Assembly: GCA_964016885.1 (NCBI GenBank)
Contig: OZ024741.1
Location: 267,654,001 to 267,718,000 of the forward strand
Source of the DNA: Eledone cirrhosa
Taxonomy: Eukaryota
Direction: 5' to 3'
Length of the DNA: 64,000 nt
The notes beneath the pieces were generated by a model. It was given only the letters and a program-made list of their open reading frames with translations, was not told the DNA's origin and did not search any database. Each line of letters begins with the position of its first letter. Within the stretch, counting starts at the first letter, position 1. A program made the position numbers and the translations under genes. This document shows positions 23,880 through 36,131 of this stretch, in pieces.

Positions 23880-26513
23880 ATAGGTAGATAGATATATTTC
23901 TTTTATTTGCCACTAGGGCATCAAAAGTGGGACAAGTACAAAGGGGGGAGTTTACACAAAAAGGCGTCCTCAATAAGGAGGAGGCAATAACAAAATATAA
24001 AAATAAAATAAGATATAACAAAAAATAAAATTTTTAACAAAATCCTCAATAGAGAGGAGGCGCCTTGGGGGGTCGCACACACCCCCGAAAAAAGTGTGCA
24101 ACCCTTCTCCTCAGGAGCACAGAGAAGGGGTGCTCCCTTGGTCTTTCATCTTCCTCACCTATAGTCTGATGTAGAGTGAAGGCCCATTCACACGGGCCAT
24201 TCTCGCCACTTTCACCCATCTTTCATAGAAACGGCTGGGGTGCAGCACCTCTCTCTCCATCCTGATCCTTCTTCCGAAATGATATCGGAAGAAACGGACC
24301 AGTTGTTGGCCAGAGAGAAAGGTGCCCGACCTCAGTCCTTTCAGACGCGTCCACCATACAACCTCTTTCGCCATGGCTATTACGCACAGAAACACCGCCT
24401 CTGCTTCATCTTTGAAGGGGGGAGGCGGCTTGATCATTACAATAGACTCGGTGGTCAACCGGATCGGTCCCACCCTTGACAGCAGTTGTTCGACATAGCC
24501 CCACAGATCGGCTACGCCCGAGCAGTGTACTAATGCGTGTGCAACGGTTTCCTCGTTGCACACGCATCTGGGACAGATCTTTTTGGCGGGGTCCCTACCC
24601 GGGCGCCCGTGTCTGTAGAGCCTTTCTCGAACGGGTAAAGCCCCTCGGTAGCACTGCCAGGCCAGGGACTTCTGGAAGTTGTCCATAGGTCCCGGGCTGA
24701 ATGTCCTACCGAACAGGCTGGCCAGTTCGTCCTCCTCCATGTCTAGGGCTTCTCCGAGGGCGTCGTCGCACCTGCTGCGCACCAGCCCTCTATAGAATGT
24801 TGCGGTGGAGTCTCCACTGATAACCGGATCCGCCTGCCAGAGGGCGGTGAGCGCCTGGGCACACTCAGTGTGCCAGGCGCCCAGTTTTCTCGGTCTTTGC
24901 TTGACCCAGGATTGCAGCTCGGTGAGTGAGACGAGTCTGGGAAAGGTTCGTCTCACAAACGAGGCCCACACCGGTTGTCCGGTGAGGAATACGTAGAGGT
25001 GCCGTAGCCTTAATGCGTGTTTACGCATCATTAGCCACGGCATCCCCAGCCCTCCTTTCGAAGGGTGTTGACAGCAGATGGATCTCCTCACCATAGGAGC
25101 CCGCCTCTTCCAAAGGAATTGGAAGAGCGCGCGCTCCATCTTGGTGAGCGTTTCCCTTGGGCAGGGCACTACGGTCAGGCGGTAGTAGATGACGGACGCT
25201 ATGTAGGTGTTCGCCACCTCCGCCCGACCTTTCAGGGATAGTTTGCAACTGGCCCACTTCTGGGTCAGTGCAAACACCCTGTTCGTAACCTCCGCCCAGT
25301 TTTTCTCCACCTGGAGGTCCGGTCCGAACCAGATCCCGAGCAACTTCACCGGGCCCTCCGTCCAGCGTCCGACGACGCCATCGGAGGGCATCGGTCTGCC
25401 CCTCCACGTGCCGAGTTGCAAACCGATCGACTTGTCCCGGTTCAGCTTAGCCCCTGTGAACTTTTCGTACTCCTCCAGTAAGGTGCCGACCGCCTCGATT
25501 TCGGAGGCCGTCGACACCATTACTGTCACGTCATCGGCGTAGGCCGACACCGCTTTCCGCAATCCCGGTTCCAAAGGGATGCCCTGCAACAACTCCAACT
25601 TCCGCAGTAGTGGCTCGAGAGTCAACACATACAGAAGGGAGGAGAGAGGGCACCCTTGTCGGATGGACCGCGCGATTTTGAACGGCTCCGAGAGGTAGCC
25701 GTTCACCTTGACCCTAGAGCAGATGCGGCTGCTGTGCATAGCAGTGATCCAGCCCCTGAAAACGGGTCCGAAGCCTGCCGCCGCTAGCACCGCATCCAGG
25801 TAACCATGGTCGACCCTATCGAACGCCTTAGATTGATCCAAGTTGATCAGAGCCCCACCAAAGCCGGGTTCGTTCCCAACCCTCTCTATGATGTATCGCA
25901 TGAGGTGGAGGTTGTCATGGATGGACCTGGACGGGATAGCGCATGTCTGCGCATCTCCCACCAGGTTGCCCACGACAAGCGCCAACCTCTTTGCTAGCAC
26001 CTTGGCCAAAATCTGTAACTCTGTATTTAGCAGTGTTATGGGCCTGAAGTTACTTATTTCGTCCCCCTTGTTCTCGTCCTTCCTCACTAGCGTGACTACG
26101 CCCTTGGTCACAGTACAGGGAATTCTCCCGTTCTGTTGCCAGTTGCAGTAGACCGCCTCGAGGAGATCGGGGAACAAGTCCGGCATAGCTAGATATAATT
26201 CGTAAGGAAGACCATCGAGACCCGGGGATTTGCGTTTGCCGCATTGGCTCAGCACGTCCTCTATCTCAGCGGCCGAAATCGGCTCCTCGCAGGACTTCGC
26301 CTCCCTGTCCGAGAGGCGCGGCAGGCCGTCGAGGTATGGACCGAAGTCCACGTTCCCAACCGGCTCCCCGCCCCTCCCGAACAGTCGGGCAAAGTGCCTT
26401 TGAAAGGCCTCACACATCTGCTTAGGCTCAAGAATCGCCCGTCCATCCAGGTCTCGCAAAGACCGGATGGTGGATTTAGTTCCACTGTTGGCCTCTGTCA
26501 CGCGGGCCCAGCT
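23880..26513 (-). mobile_element. Tx1/L1-clade non-LTR retrotransposon copy A, 5'-truncated, (TCTA)n tail
   Basis: Uninterrupted ORF2 part, AATAAA, then TCTA repeats. Confidence 0.92.
24159..26501 (-). CDS. Tx1-like ORF2 fragment: RT plus C-terminal Cys/His finger
   Basis: KSPGLDG, RPITLLN, DQSKAFDRV, RQGCPLS, AYADD, GGLG, CPRC...ETVAHALVHC. Confidence 0.93.
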   Translation of the reverse strand: MTEANSGTKSTIRSLRDLDGRAILEPKQMCEAFQRHFARLFGRGGEPVGNVDFGPYLDGLPRLSDREAKSCEEPISAAEIEDVLSQCGKRKSPGLDGLPYELYLAMPDLFPDLLEAVYCNWQQNGRIPCTVTKGVVTLVRKDENKGDEISNFRPITLLNTELQILAKVLAKRLALVVGNLVGDAQTCAIPSRSIHDNLHLMRYIIERVGNEPGFGGALINLDQSKAFDRVDHGYLDAVLAAAGFGPVFRGWITAMHSSRICSRVKVNGYLSEPFKIARSIRQGCPLSSLLYVLTLEPLLRKLELLQGIPLEPGLRKAVSAYADDVTVMVSTASEIEAVGTLLEEYEKFTGAKLNRDKSIGLQLGTWRGRPMPSDGVVGRWTEGPVKLLGIWFGPDLQVEKNWAEVTNRVFALTQKWASCKLSLKGRAEVANTYIASVIYYRLTVVPCPRETLTKMERALFQFLWKRRAPMVRRSICCQHPSKGGLGMPWLMMRKHALRLRHLYVFLTGQPVWASFVRRTFPRLVSLTELQSWVKQRPRKLGAWHTECAQALTALWQADPVISGDSTATFYRGLVRSRCDDALGEALDMEEDELASLFGRTFSPGPMDNFQKSLAWQCYRGALPVRERLYRHGRPGRDPAKKICPRCVCNEETVAHALVHCSGVADLWGYVEQLLSRVGPIRLTTESIVMIKPPPPFKDEAEAVFLCVIAMAKEVVWWTRLKGLRSGTFLSGQQLVRFFRYHFGRRIRMEREVLHPSRFYERWVKVARMARVNGPSLYIRL

Positions 26514-29180
26514 ATGTATAGGTAGATAGATAGATAGCTAGATAGATAGATTTCTTTATTAGCCACAAGGGCGCAACAAGAAAGGGGACAATACAAAGAC
26601 GTGCCGGGGATTTTACATACAGTCGTGTAAAAAATATAAAAACAAACAATTTCAACAATCGAAATCCCCAATAGGGGGGAGGCGCCACAAATGGGTTGTT
26701 TAATACCCCCTCGATAGAACAACCCTCAACTCGAGGAGCGTGTTGTGCAAGTGTTCCTTTCTTCCTTTTGTTCTCTTCCTCAACCCACAGGCTTATAAAC
26801 AGAGAAGGCCCAATCACTCGGGCCATTTTCGCTTCATTCACCCACCTTTCAGTAAATTTACTGGGGTGCAGTGCCTCTCTCTCCACCCTGATTCTCCTTC
26901 TAAAGTGATACTTAAAGAAGGGAATCAATTGTTGTCCGGAGAGAAAGGCATCTGTCCTCAGTCCTCTCAACCTCGTCCACCATATAACTTCTTTCACCAT
27001 AGCCACCGTACAGAGGAAAACCGCCTCTCTTTCGTTTTTGAAAGAGTCTGGCGGTTTGATCCTTACTATGGACTCGGCAGTCAACTGTATTTGTCCCATA
27101 CGCGACAGCAGTTGTTCTGCATAGTTCCACAGGTCGCTTACGCCCGGGCAGTGTACAATTGCGTTCAGAACTGTTTCAATGTCCTGCGCACATCTTGGAC
27201 ACGTCCTCTTGGAAGGATCCCTGCCAGGGCGTCCGTGCCTGTAGATCTTGTCACGAACCGGTAGAGCTCCTCGGTAGCACTGCCAGGCCAGGGACCTCTG
27301 GAAGTTGTCCATAGGTCCCGGGCGGAAAGTCCTACCAAACATACTGGTGAGCTCATCGTCTTCGACGCCCAGAGTCTCTCCGAGCACGTCGTCGCCCTTG
27401 TAACGTACAATCCCTCTATAGAATGTCGAAGTGGAGTCTCCACTGATTGCTGCGCCCGCTTGCCAGAGGACTGTGAGCGCCTGAGCGCATTCAATGTGCC
27501 AGGCGCCCATCGTTTTCGGTCTTTTCTTCACCCAGGACTGCAGCTCCGTTAGCGAGACGAGCTGTGGGAAAGCCTGTCTCACAAACGGTGCCCACACCGG
27601 TTGGGGGTCGGTGAGGAATACCTGGAGATGCCGCAGCCTCAGCGCATGTTTGCGCATCATCAGCCACGGCATTCCCAGCCCTCCGTTGGAAGGGTGCTGA
27701 CAGCAGACGGATCTCCTCACCAGCGGAGCCTGCTTCTTCCACAGAAACTGGAAGAGCATGCGTTCCATCTTGGCGAGGTGTTCACGGGGACAAGGCACGA
27801 CAGTCAAGCGGTAGTAGATGACGGACGCTATGAAAGTGTTCGCCACCTCCGCTCGACCTTTCAAGGACAGTTTGCACTCTGCCCACTTCTGAGTGAGTGC
27901 AAACACCTTGGCCGTGACCTCGTTCCAGTTTTTCTCCACCTGGAGGTCTGGACCGAACCAGCCCCCGAGCAATTTCACCGGTCCGTCCGTCCAGCGTCCA
28001 ACGACGCTGTCGGATGTCATCGGTTTGCCTCTCCACGTACCGAGTTGCAAACCGACAGACTTGTCTGGGTTTAGTTTTGCTCCCGTCAGCGTTTCGTATT
28101 CTTTCAGTATGTTGCCGTATGTTGCCGATCACCCCGATTTCCGAGGTGCTCGACACCATTACTGTCACGTCGTCGGCATAAGCCGACGCCGCTTTGCGCA
28201 GTCCCGGTTCTAGGGGGATGCCCTGCAACAGCTCCAATTTCCGCAGTAGTGGCTCTAGAGTCAATACATACAGAATGGAGGAGAGAGAGCATCCCTGTCG
28301 AATGGAACGCGTGATTGCGAACGGCTCCGATAGGTAGCCGTTCACCTTGACCCTCGAGCAGATGCTGGTGTGCATCGCCTCGATCCATCCTCTGAACACG
28401 GGACCGAAACCGGCCGCCTTGAGAACCGCTTCCAAGTATCGATGGTCGACCCTATCGAATGCCTTAGACTGATCCAAGTTGATCAGAGCCCCACCGAAGT
28501 CGGGTTTACTACCCACCCTCTCTTTGATGTATCGCATGAGGTGGAGGTTGTCGTGTATGGACCTGGTCGGGATTGCACACGTTTGCGCTTTCCCTACCAG
28601 GTTCTCGACGACAAGCGCCAACCTCGTCGCTAGCACCTTGGCCAAAATCTTTAACTCTGTGTTGAGCAGAGTTATGGGCCTGAAGTTGTTAATTTCGTCC
28701 TCCTTGTTCTCGTCTTTCCTGATCAGCGTTACTACGCCCTTGCCTGCAGAACTGGGAATTCTCCCGTTCTGCTGCCAATTGCAGTAGACGGCTTCGAGGA
28801 CGCCAGAGAACAAGTCCGGCATGCCTATGTAAAATTCGTAGGGTAGACCATCTAGACCGGGTGACTTGCGTTTCCCGCAGCGGCCCAGAGCGTCCCGTAT
28901 CTCAGTGTCCGTGATCGGTCTTTCGCAGAACTCGGCGTCCGTGTTCGAGAGACGCGGCAGGCCGTCGAGGTATGAACTAAAGTCCATTGCCCCGTTCGGC
29001 TCACCGTCGTTCTGCTCAAACAGTCGCGCAAAGTGCCGCTGAAAGGCCGCGCACATTTGCTTGGGGTCAAGTAGCACGCGTCCGTTTTGGTCTTTCAAAG
29101 ACCGAATCGTGGAATTGTTGCCACTCGGGCCCAGCTGACAGCTTTCGCTCCTTCGTTTCCTAGAGCACGTGTTTTGCTTC

Positions 29181-31291
29181 TGTAGCGGTTGTCTCCCTTG
29201 TTTTGATTAGGATCTAGACGGGAAGTGGAACCCTTTCTGCGACTTCCGGTCAGAGCCCTATAAAACTAACAACTTTAAGCTTCCTTTCTCTCATTGCCTT
29301 TTCGGCACCTGGTCAAGAGCCTCACATTTGGCTCTGCCATTAATTTGGCCAACAGGCGCCTGGCCTTAGCCAGGCGTCCTCTGCCAGCCGCGTTTGCCTG
29401 GCAATCAAAACGGTAACTACTAACTTTGTTTCATTCTAACATCTATCTTTGACATGTCAAGTATTCTATCTACCGTTAATTAAATATTATATACACAAAC
29501 CGTGTCTCGTTTTGTTACATTCATACAATCCAGTAATCTCGCTATATTGGTAACCCTGACGTGATACGAACACGCAGCCGTTCATCGCTATAAGTGGTCA
29601 CCCCCCCCACCCCCCCACCCCAAAAAAGAAAAAAATAGCACATCTGGTTTTGTGAGTAACATTACGAATACACAGCAAATTTAGCGACAAACTATGAAAA
29701 TACTCAAGGACACGCACACACGCACATGTGGAATTCGCACAGACAGACTTTTTCTCTCACGCATCAATTAACTGTCGCATTTCACCAATATATATATGTT
29801 TCTCGTTTCTTACAACGAACACTTTCAAAACAAAAAAAAAAAAAAAAAACATTTCACGATATATATATATGTTTCTCGTTTCTTACAACGAACTCTTTCA
29901 AAACACACAAAAAAAAAAAAAGAAATTTGATATTCTTTAAAAAACATTTCAACAGGAACATTTATTTTCGATGAACCATTGCCTTTTTGTTCATCGTTTT
30001 CTTCATCGTTCAAGTTTTTTGTTTTTTCCCAAAGTTCACACCAATAATTATGCTGAGTGAAGCCTTTCTTTTTCATCATTGTCACTTTCAAAATTGCACT
30101 ATCATTTTCTCGCGCGTTAGAAATATTATTTTTTTCAACCTTGTATTGGCACGTGTAGGCAGCATAAATTCTCGATTCACAGAGATGTCTCTACTCACAG
30201 ACAGCCGCACGCCAGAGATAGCATTTCTCACCAGGGATTCTTCAGCCGTAAGCTATATTCTTCTATTTGCCGGTTTATAAATTTACAATGTAAATTTACC
30301 GTTGATAACCGCGCATTTATTAAGAATGCTTATTTCTCTGGTCGCTGGACTCTTGACCCTTCCAGGTCAACGCATTCTCAACATCGACCATCAACTTCGG
30401 CTGCTATTTCTAGCACTTTGCGCAACTCATTTTTTCTAAACAAATTTTTTTTACTGTGAATTTAAACACCGAATACGCTCACTCAGCGAGACAACAGCAG
30501 CAGCAACAGCAATACATCAATACAGCTTCACCAAAGCCAGAGAATTCATTTTTGCAGCACTCTTCCTGTGAGAAAATCCATTCGGAGGTTGGAAATTTCA
30601 CGATATACCACAGAACAGAAACCACCTGCATTCATTCTCTGGAACACACTTTCTTTCCTGCTGTCATGTGATTGCACACCTGTGAACTATGTTTTGAACT
30701 TTGAGCTCTTCTATTACTTTTACTTTAATACATTGTATCTTTGGGTGATGGATAGATAGATGTCCAGTCGTTCTCTGGCCAAGAGCGGTTGGCTACCTTG
30801 ATATCTATCATTGATTTTTCCAAACATTCTTTTGTCGTAATTTTCATGCCTGTTACAACATTCTCGCCAACTTGCTACATATTTTCATTTCGATTTTTAT
30901 ACACTAAAATTCTGGCGGGAGGTTATGTAGCGGTTGTCTCCCTTGTTTTGATTAGGATCTAGACGGGAAGTGGAACCCTTTCTGCGACTTCCGGTCAGAG
31001 CCCTATAAAACTAACAACTTTAAGCTTCCTTTCTCTCATTGCCTTTTCGGCACCTGGTCAAGAGCCTCACATTTGGCTCTGCCATTAATTTGGCCAACAG
31101 GCGCCTGGCCTTAGCCAGGCGTCCTCTGCCAGCCGCGTTTGCCTGGCAATCAAAACGGTAACTACTAACTTTGTTTCATTCTAACATCTATCTTTGACAT
31201 GTCAAGTATTCTATCTACCGTTAATTAAATATTATATACACAAACCGTGTCTCGTTTTGTTACATTCATACTACCCAGTATCCTCGCTATA
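29181..31291 (+). mobile_element. Non-autonomous LTR retrotransposon copy 1 (LTRs 29181-29546 and 30926-31291, 366 bp each), TSD CTTC
   Basis: Near-identical direct repeats TGTAGCG...CGCTATA; CTTC at 29177-29180 and 31292-31295; PPT GGCGGGAGGTTA; no long internal ORF. Confidence 0.92.
29548..29565 (+). promoter_or_regulatory. Primer-binding site, tRNA-Trp-like
   Basis: TGGTAACCCTGACGTGAT versus the tRNA-Trp 3' complement TGGTGACCCCGACGTGAT (16/18), 1 nt after the LTR. Confidence 0.8.
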
Positions 31292-31310
31292 CTTCTGACC
31301 ACGCAGCCTT

Positions 31311-32149
31311 AGCTAGATAGATAGATAGATAGATATGTTTCTTTATTAGCCACAGGGGCACAAAAGAAGGGGACAAATACAAAGGGGGAAGTTTACATAC
31401 AATAAAAACGTAAAATGTTATCACAAATCTAATTTAAAAATTAGTCGATTTTCCCCAATAGGGGGAGACATTTCATATGGGTAACACATAGCCCCGAAAA
31501 AATGTGCAACCCTCATCTCCAGGAGTACGAAGAGTTTGTACCCCTTTCCTCTCTTCCTCTTTTTCCTCAACCTACAGGCTGATATAGAGAGAAGGCCCAT
31601 TCACTCGGGCCATTCTCGTCACTTTCACCCACCTTTCATAAAACTTGCTGGGGTACAGCACCTCTCTCTCCATCCTGATTCTTCTTCCAAAGTGGTATTT
31701 GAAAAACGAATCAGTTAGATAGATAGATAGAAAGATAGATAGATAGATAGATATATTTCTTTATTAGCCACAGGGGCACAAAAGAAGGGGACAAATACAA
31801 AGGGGGAAGTTTACATACAATAAAAACGTGTAAAATGTTATCACAGATGGAATTTAAAAGTTAGTCGATTTTCCCCAATAGAGGGAGACAGTTTATATGG
31901 GTAACACAGACCCCCGAAAAAAATGTGCAACCCTCATCTCCAGGAGTACGAAGAGCTTGTACTCCTTTCCTCTCCTCCTTCTTTTCCTCAACCTACAGGC
32001 TGATATAGAGAGAAGGCCCATTCACTCGGGCCATTCTCGCCACTTTCACCCACCTTTCATAAAACTTGCTGGGGTACAGCACCTCTCTCTCCATCCTGAT
32101 TCTTCTTCCAAAGTGGTATTTGAAAAACGAATCAGTTAGATAGATAGAT

Positions 32150-32237
<88 letters not shown>

Positions 32238-32512
32238 GAATATATAAATAGATGAATGGGTGGATGGGTGGATAGATAGATAGACACATAGATTACCAGA
32301 TGGATAGACAGACAGAGATAGAAAGATATATTTCTTTATTTGCCACAAGGGCGCACAAGAAAATGGGACAATACAAAGACATATGGTGGGGATTTTACAT
32401 ACAGTCGTGTAAAAAAGTTTTAATATGAAAATATAACAATCGAAATCCTCAATAGGGGGGAGGCGTTACAAATGTTGTTTTATATCCCATTGATAGAACA
32501 ACCCTCAACTCC
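31311..32512 (-). mobile_element. Three further short Tx1 3'-end fragments separated by (GATA)n
   Basis: 31311-31715 and 31716-32135 are near-identical (..ERWVKVARMARVNGPSLYISL*); about 32310-32512 matches the copy B 3' UTR. Confidence 0.88.
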
Positions 32513-32702
32513 AGCAGCCCACACAAACATATAGCTGGACAGACAGATATATAGCTTAAATGCTGTCCTACTTTCTCTAATCTGTTCTACGCATTGCATC
32601 CCACATCCACATCCCATCAACGTGCTTACCAATATATATGTACCATTTCTACACTGACACATTACATTTAGAGACATTATACATTCAACAAAAAACTATA
32701 AT

Positions 32703-33089
32703 ACACCCTCTGATTCCAAATAATGGGGGGGGGGGGGTAAGAGGAGGGGAGGTAAAAATCCGTTTCTAGGTTGTCTGTTGATTTTTTTTTTTTAAATCAG
32801 AATTTGTTGTTTAGTTTACATATTGAAATCCCAACCCATCCTATTTATTTTATAATGTATGAGATTTCTAGTAATGTACTTTTTTTGTCATATATAATGT
32901 TTTTTTAATGTTAAATAAAATTAGTTGTCACTGGAATGCTACCACTTAAAATAAAATTTTGCTAGAGATTGATTAGTAAAATTTAATAAGCGTGGTGGCT
33001 GGAATAAGAGCAATGGGTTGAAAAAAATCTGAAAAATTAGTAAGGAGTGTGTGTGTGTGTTTGGGGCGATTATTCAAGACCCAAGAGTA
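32703..33089. mobile_element. MITE of the 7263-7574 family
   Basis: Shared interior (GGAATGCTACCACTTAAAA) and terminus ATTATTCAAGACCCAAGAGTA. Confidence 0.65.
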
Positions 33090-33977
33090 CTAATAAATGC
33101 ACATGTAGAAAAACACATTCACACACACACATCTGTACATGTACATACACATGCAGGGTCGAAACATGAGGAAAGTTTCATACTACATTGTGTTATCATG
33201 ACTCCTGTTATTTCACTTTTGGGAGTTAGCTCATGCTTTTTCTCATACGCACATATGTAACGAAAGAAATGTTTCCCCGCGGTGTTTTCTTTTCCCTTGC
33301 GGACACGGCCACCAAGTGAGTGATCTGCAACCTTACAGGGAAGATAATAGATAAAATTCCCTGATGGAAGGATTTACGGCACCAGTTATAAGAATGAGAA
33401 CATTTTCCAGGGCCATCTGTTATCTATCAGTCAAATAACTAGTGGTCATTAATGAGGTTGACTTTGCCTTTCATCCTTACGGGGTCGATAAAATAAAGTA
33501 CCAGTAATGCACTGGATAATTGCTGGCCTTGTGCCTAAAGTAGAAACAATTATGAATAGGCTGTAGAATGGCTCTAACATCACTCATAACGGTTTACAGC
33601 TACATCCTCTAGCTTCACATTGCCAACTACAACTTATCACTTTTCTTTTGGTAAATCAAGAAATTTGTGCACAATACTGAACATTATATTCATTTGTGAA
33701 CACTATAATCAAACAATATATTTATGATTTGATTAACTTTGCTATTTATCCTATAGAAAGGATACTGGGTTGTATGAATGTAACAATGAGACATGTTTTG
33801 TGTGTATAATATTTAATCAACAATTTAACAGTATAGTTGACATGTCAAAGAAATAGATAATAATAATGATAATAATAATAATGAAATTATTGTGTAAAGT
33901 GCTCAGGTGCACTACAACTCGTCAATATAGTACATAGAATAATACACAAATGTCAGGGAAGTACATGTTTGTATGTG

Positions 33978-36131
33978 TTAGCTGTAGTGTTGGCGGATCT
34001 CGGGAAGCATGGAGGCCTTAAAGGATGCAGTGTCTCGACAGCTAACAACTGATGCAGGTAGTTTGTTCCATGCTTCAGCAACTCTGAGCGTGAAAAAATG
34101 TTTCCGAAAGTCATGGGAACTGTGCTGTTTTCTTACTTTGTGGGCATGTCCACGTGTGTTAGACACATGGAAATCGAAAAGGCACTCAGGGTTGTTGTTG
34201 GCAACATGGTTAACAATTTTGTGGGTGTTTACCAAGTCAGCTGCCAGGCGTCGGAGCTTCAATGAATCCATGCCCAGGGAAGCAAGGCGCTCAGAGTATG
34301 GTAGATGCCTGATGGAGGGTATTCGCTTGGTTGCACGTCTCTGAACAGTTTCCAGGCGGTCAATGTCCTGAGCAAGATAGGGGTTCCAGACTGGTGATGC
34401 AAATTCTAAGTGTGGTCGCACCATAGCTGTATACAGCCTTAAATAGATATCTGGAGAGCGGCTGACAAAGGTCTTGCTGAGTGATGCTAAGACACCCTCG
34501 GCCCTCTTGACAATTTTAGAGACGTGCCTCGTCCAACGCAAATCGCTGCTGACCGTAATGCCCAGGTCACGTTCACAGGAAGACTTCTTGATATTAGTGC
34601 TGTGGAGGGAGTATGTGGACGCTGGGTTTTTACTCCCAAAATGCATGGTGGTGCACTTGTCCACAGCTAGCTTGAGTTGCCAGTCTGAGATCCACTGTTG
34701 CATTGTGTCCAGGTCAGACTGCAAGCAAGATCTATAGTGTTCAGGATCTGTCCTTTTTATCTCAAGGTACAGCTTGATGTCGTCTGCGTACTTTAGTACT
34801 GTGGCATTCCTTAAGTTGGCATCTATGTCATCAATATATGCCACAAACAAAAGGGAGCCAAGAACAGATCCCTGAGGTACACCAGATGACATCTCATATG
34901 GTGAGGAATGCTGTCCCAGAACCGTGACTACCTCTCTTCGACTGAGAATGAAGGACTTCAACCAGTTAAAAAGATCATCCTTCACACCCATTGCAGAGAG
35001 TTTTGCCATAAGCCTTTTGTGTGGCACAGAATTGAAGGCCTTCGCAAAGTCAAGGTAAACAACATCCACCCATGAGCCGCCATCACTGATCCGGGTGATG
35101 TCCTCAAGAAACTCTATAAGTTGATCACAGCAGCTGGAGTTGGGGATAAATCCAAATTGCGAGGGCCGGATAAGACTGTGAGAGCTCCAGAAGTTCCAAA
35201 GTGTTTCTCTGACACAGGATTCCATCAGTTTGGCGATGCAACTAGTAAGACTGACTGGACGATAGTTCACAGGTGATGTGCGGTCACCCTTTTTGAACAG
35301 AGGAATAACACTGGAAGTTTTCCACTGTTCTGGAGTAGCACTGTTGTTCAAACAGAATTGGAAGAAGCGTGATAACTGGTGTAGAAGGAAGTACCCACCA
35401 CGTTTAAGAAGCAGGTACGTAACACCATCAAGACCAGGAGAGGCATGGTTGCGTTTATTTTTTAGGTGACGTCGCAGCATTGCAGGTGTAAATTCCATGG
35501 TTGTAATAGAGTCCGGTGTCATAGGTGGTGGAGATGGTACACTCTGGTCTTCAATGGTGAAAATGCCTGCATAGCATTCAGCAATGAGCTCTGCGCATTC
35601 CTTGGGGTCGTCAGTAACCTGGCTTGTGTGGGGATTGCGAAGAGGACCAACTGGAGAGTGAGGCCTCTGCTTTGAGTGAACATATTTCCAGAGCACCTTA
35701 CTGTCAGGGCTGGTTGCTATGCGCTGCTCAAATTGAAGTACTGCCTTTTTTGTCACCTGTTTGAGGTGGTTGGACGATCTATTTCGCCTCTTCCTATTAA
35801 TGTCTGATTTGTGAAGTTTGTACTCACGTTCAGCATTGCGCCGTTCTTTTCTGGCAAGACGGACTGCTGCAGTCTCCCAAATTGCGCTTTTAGGATGTTT
35901 TTTCCGCTTACGTGGCACCGATGCTGCACATGCTGTCCATATTGAGCTCAGGATGTTCTGGAGTACAGTGTTGACATCTCCAGAGTCGTAGAACTCAAGC
36001 CAGTTTGGATGTTGCAACTCGGTGCAGTAACAGTTCCAGTCTGCTTTATTCCAGTCAAAGTGAGCAGTTTGGAGATGGTGGAGGTTCTTGTTACTGCCCA
36101 TGTTGGATAGATTGGCAATGATCAGAGTCAC
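33978..36131 (-). CDS. CR1-like ORF2, RT part (separated from the endonuclease by a frameshift near 36125)
   Basis: SPGLDG, YRPVSLTS, YLDFAKAF, GVPQGSVLG, KYADD, RPHLEFASPVWNP. Confidence 0.93.
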   Translation of the reverse strand: MTLIIANLSNMGSNKNLHHLQTAHFDWNKADWNCYCTELQHPNWLEFYDSGDVNTVLQNILSSIWTACAASVPRKRKKHPKSAIWETAAVRLARKERRNAEREYKLHKSDINRKRRNRSSNHLKQVTKKAVLQFEQRIATSPDSKVLWKYVHSKQRPHSPVGPLRNPHTSQVTDDPKECAELIAECYAGIFTIEDQSVPSPPPMTPDSITTMEFTPAMLRRHLKNKRNHASPGLDGVTYLLLKRGGYFLLHQLSRFFQFCLNNSATPEQWKTSSVIPLFKKGDRTSPVNYRPVSLTSCIAKLMESCVRETLWNFWSSHSLIRPSQFGFIPNSSCCDQLIEFLEDITRISDGGSWVDVVYLDFAKAFNSVPHKRLMAKLSAMGVKDDLFNWLKSFILSRREVVTVLGQHSSPYEMSSGVPQGSVLGSLLFVAYIDDIDANLRNATVLKYADDIKLYLEIKRTDPEHYRSCLQSDLDTMQQWISDWQLKLAVDKCTTMHFGSKNPASTYSLHSTNIKKSSCERDLGITVSSDLRWTRHVSKIVKRAEGVLASLSKTFVSRSPDIYLRLYTAMVRPHLEFASPVWNPYLAQDIDRLETVQRRATKRIPSIRHLPYSERLASLGMDSLKLRRLAADLVNTHKIVNHVANNNPECLFDFHVSNTRGHAHKVRKQHSSHDFRKHFFTLRVAEAWNKLPASVVSCRDTASFKASMLPEIRQHYS

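Larger units (their letters stand above)
26515..31310 (-). mobile_element. Tx1-like copy B (related subfamily), frameshifted near 28110 and interrupted by LTR element 29181-31291
   Basis: ORFs 27782-29098 and 26512-28050 are colinear with copy A; the frame continues as GCVVRS|KTRALG across the LTR insertion. Confidence 0.9.

Noticed and set aside
30456-30671. Conserved 71/74-aa ORF in both LTR-element interiors (also 38286-38510)
   Set aside because: GTG start, short, no domain motif; similarity is explained by DNA-level homology of the two copies.
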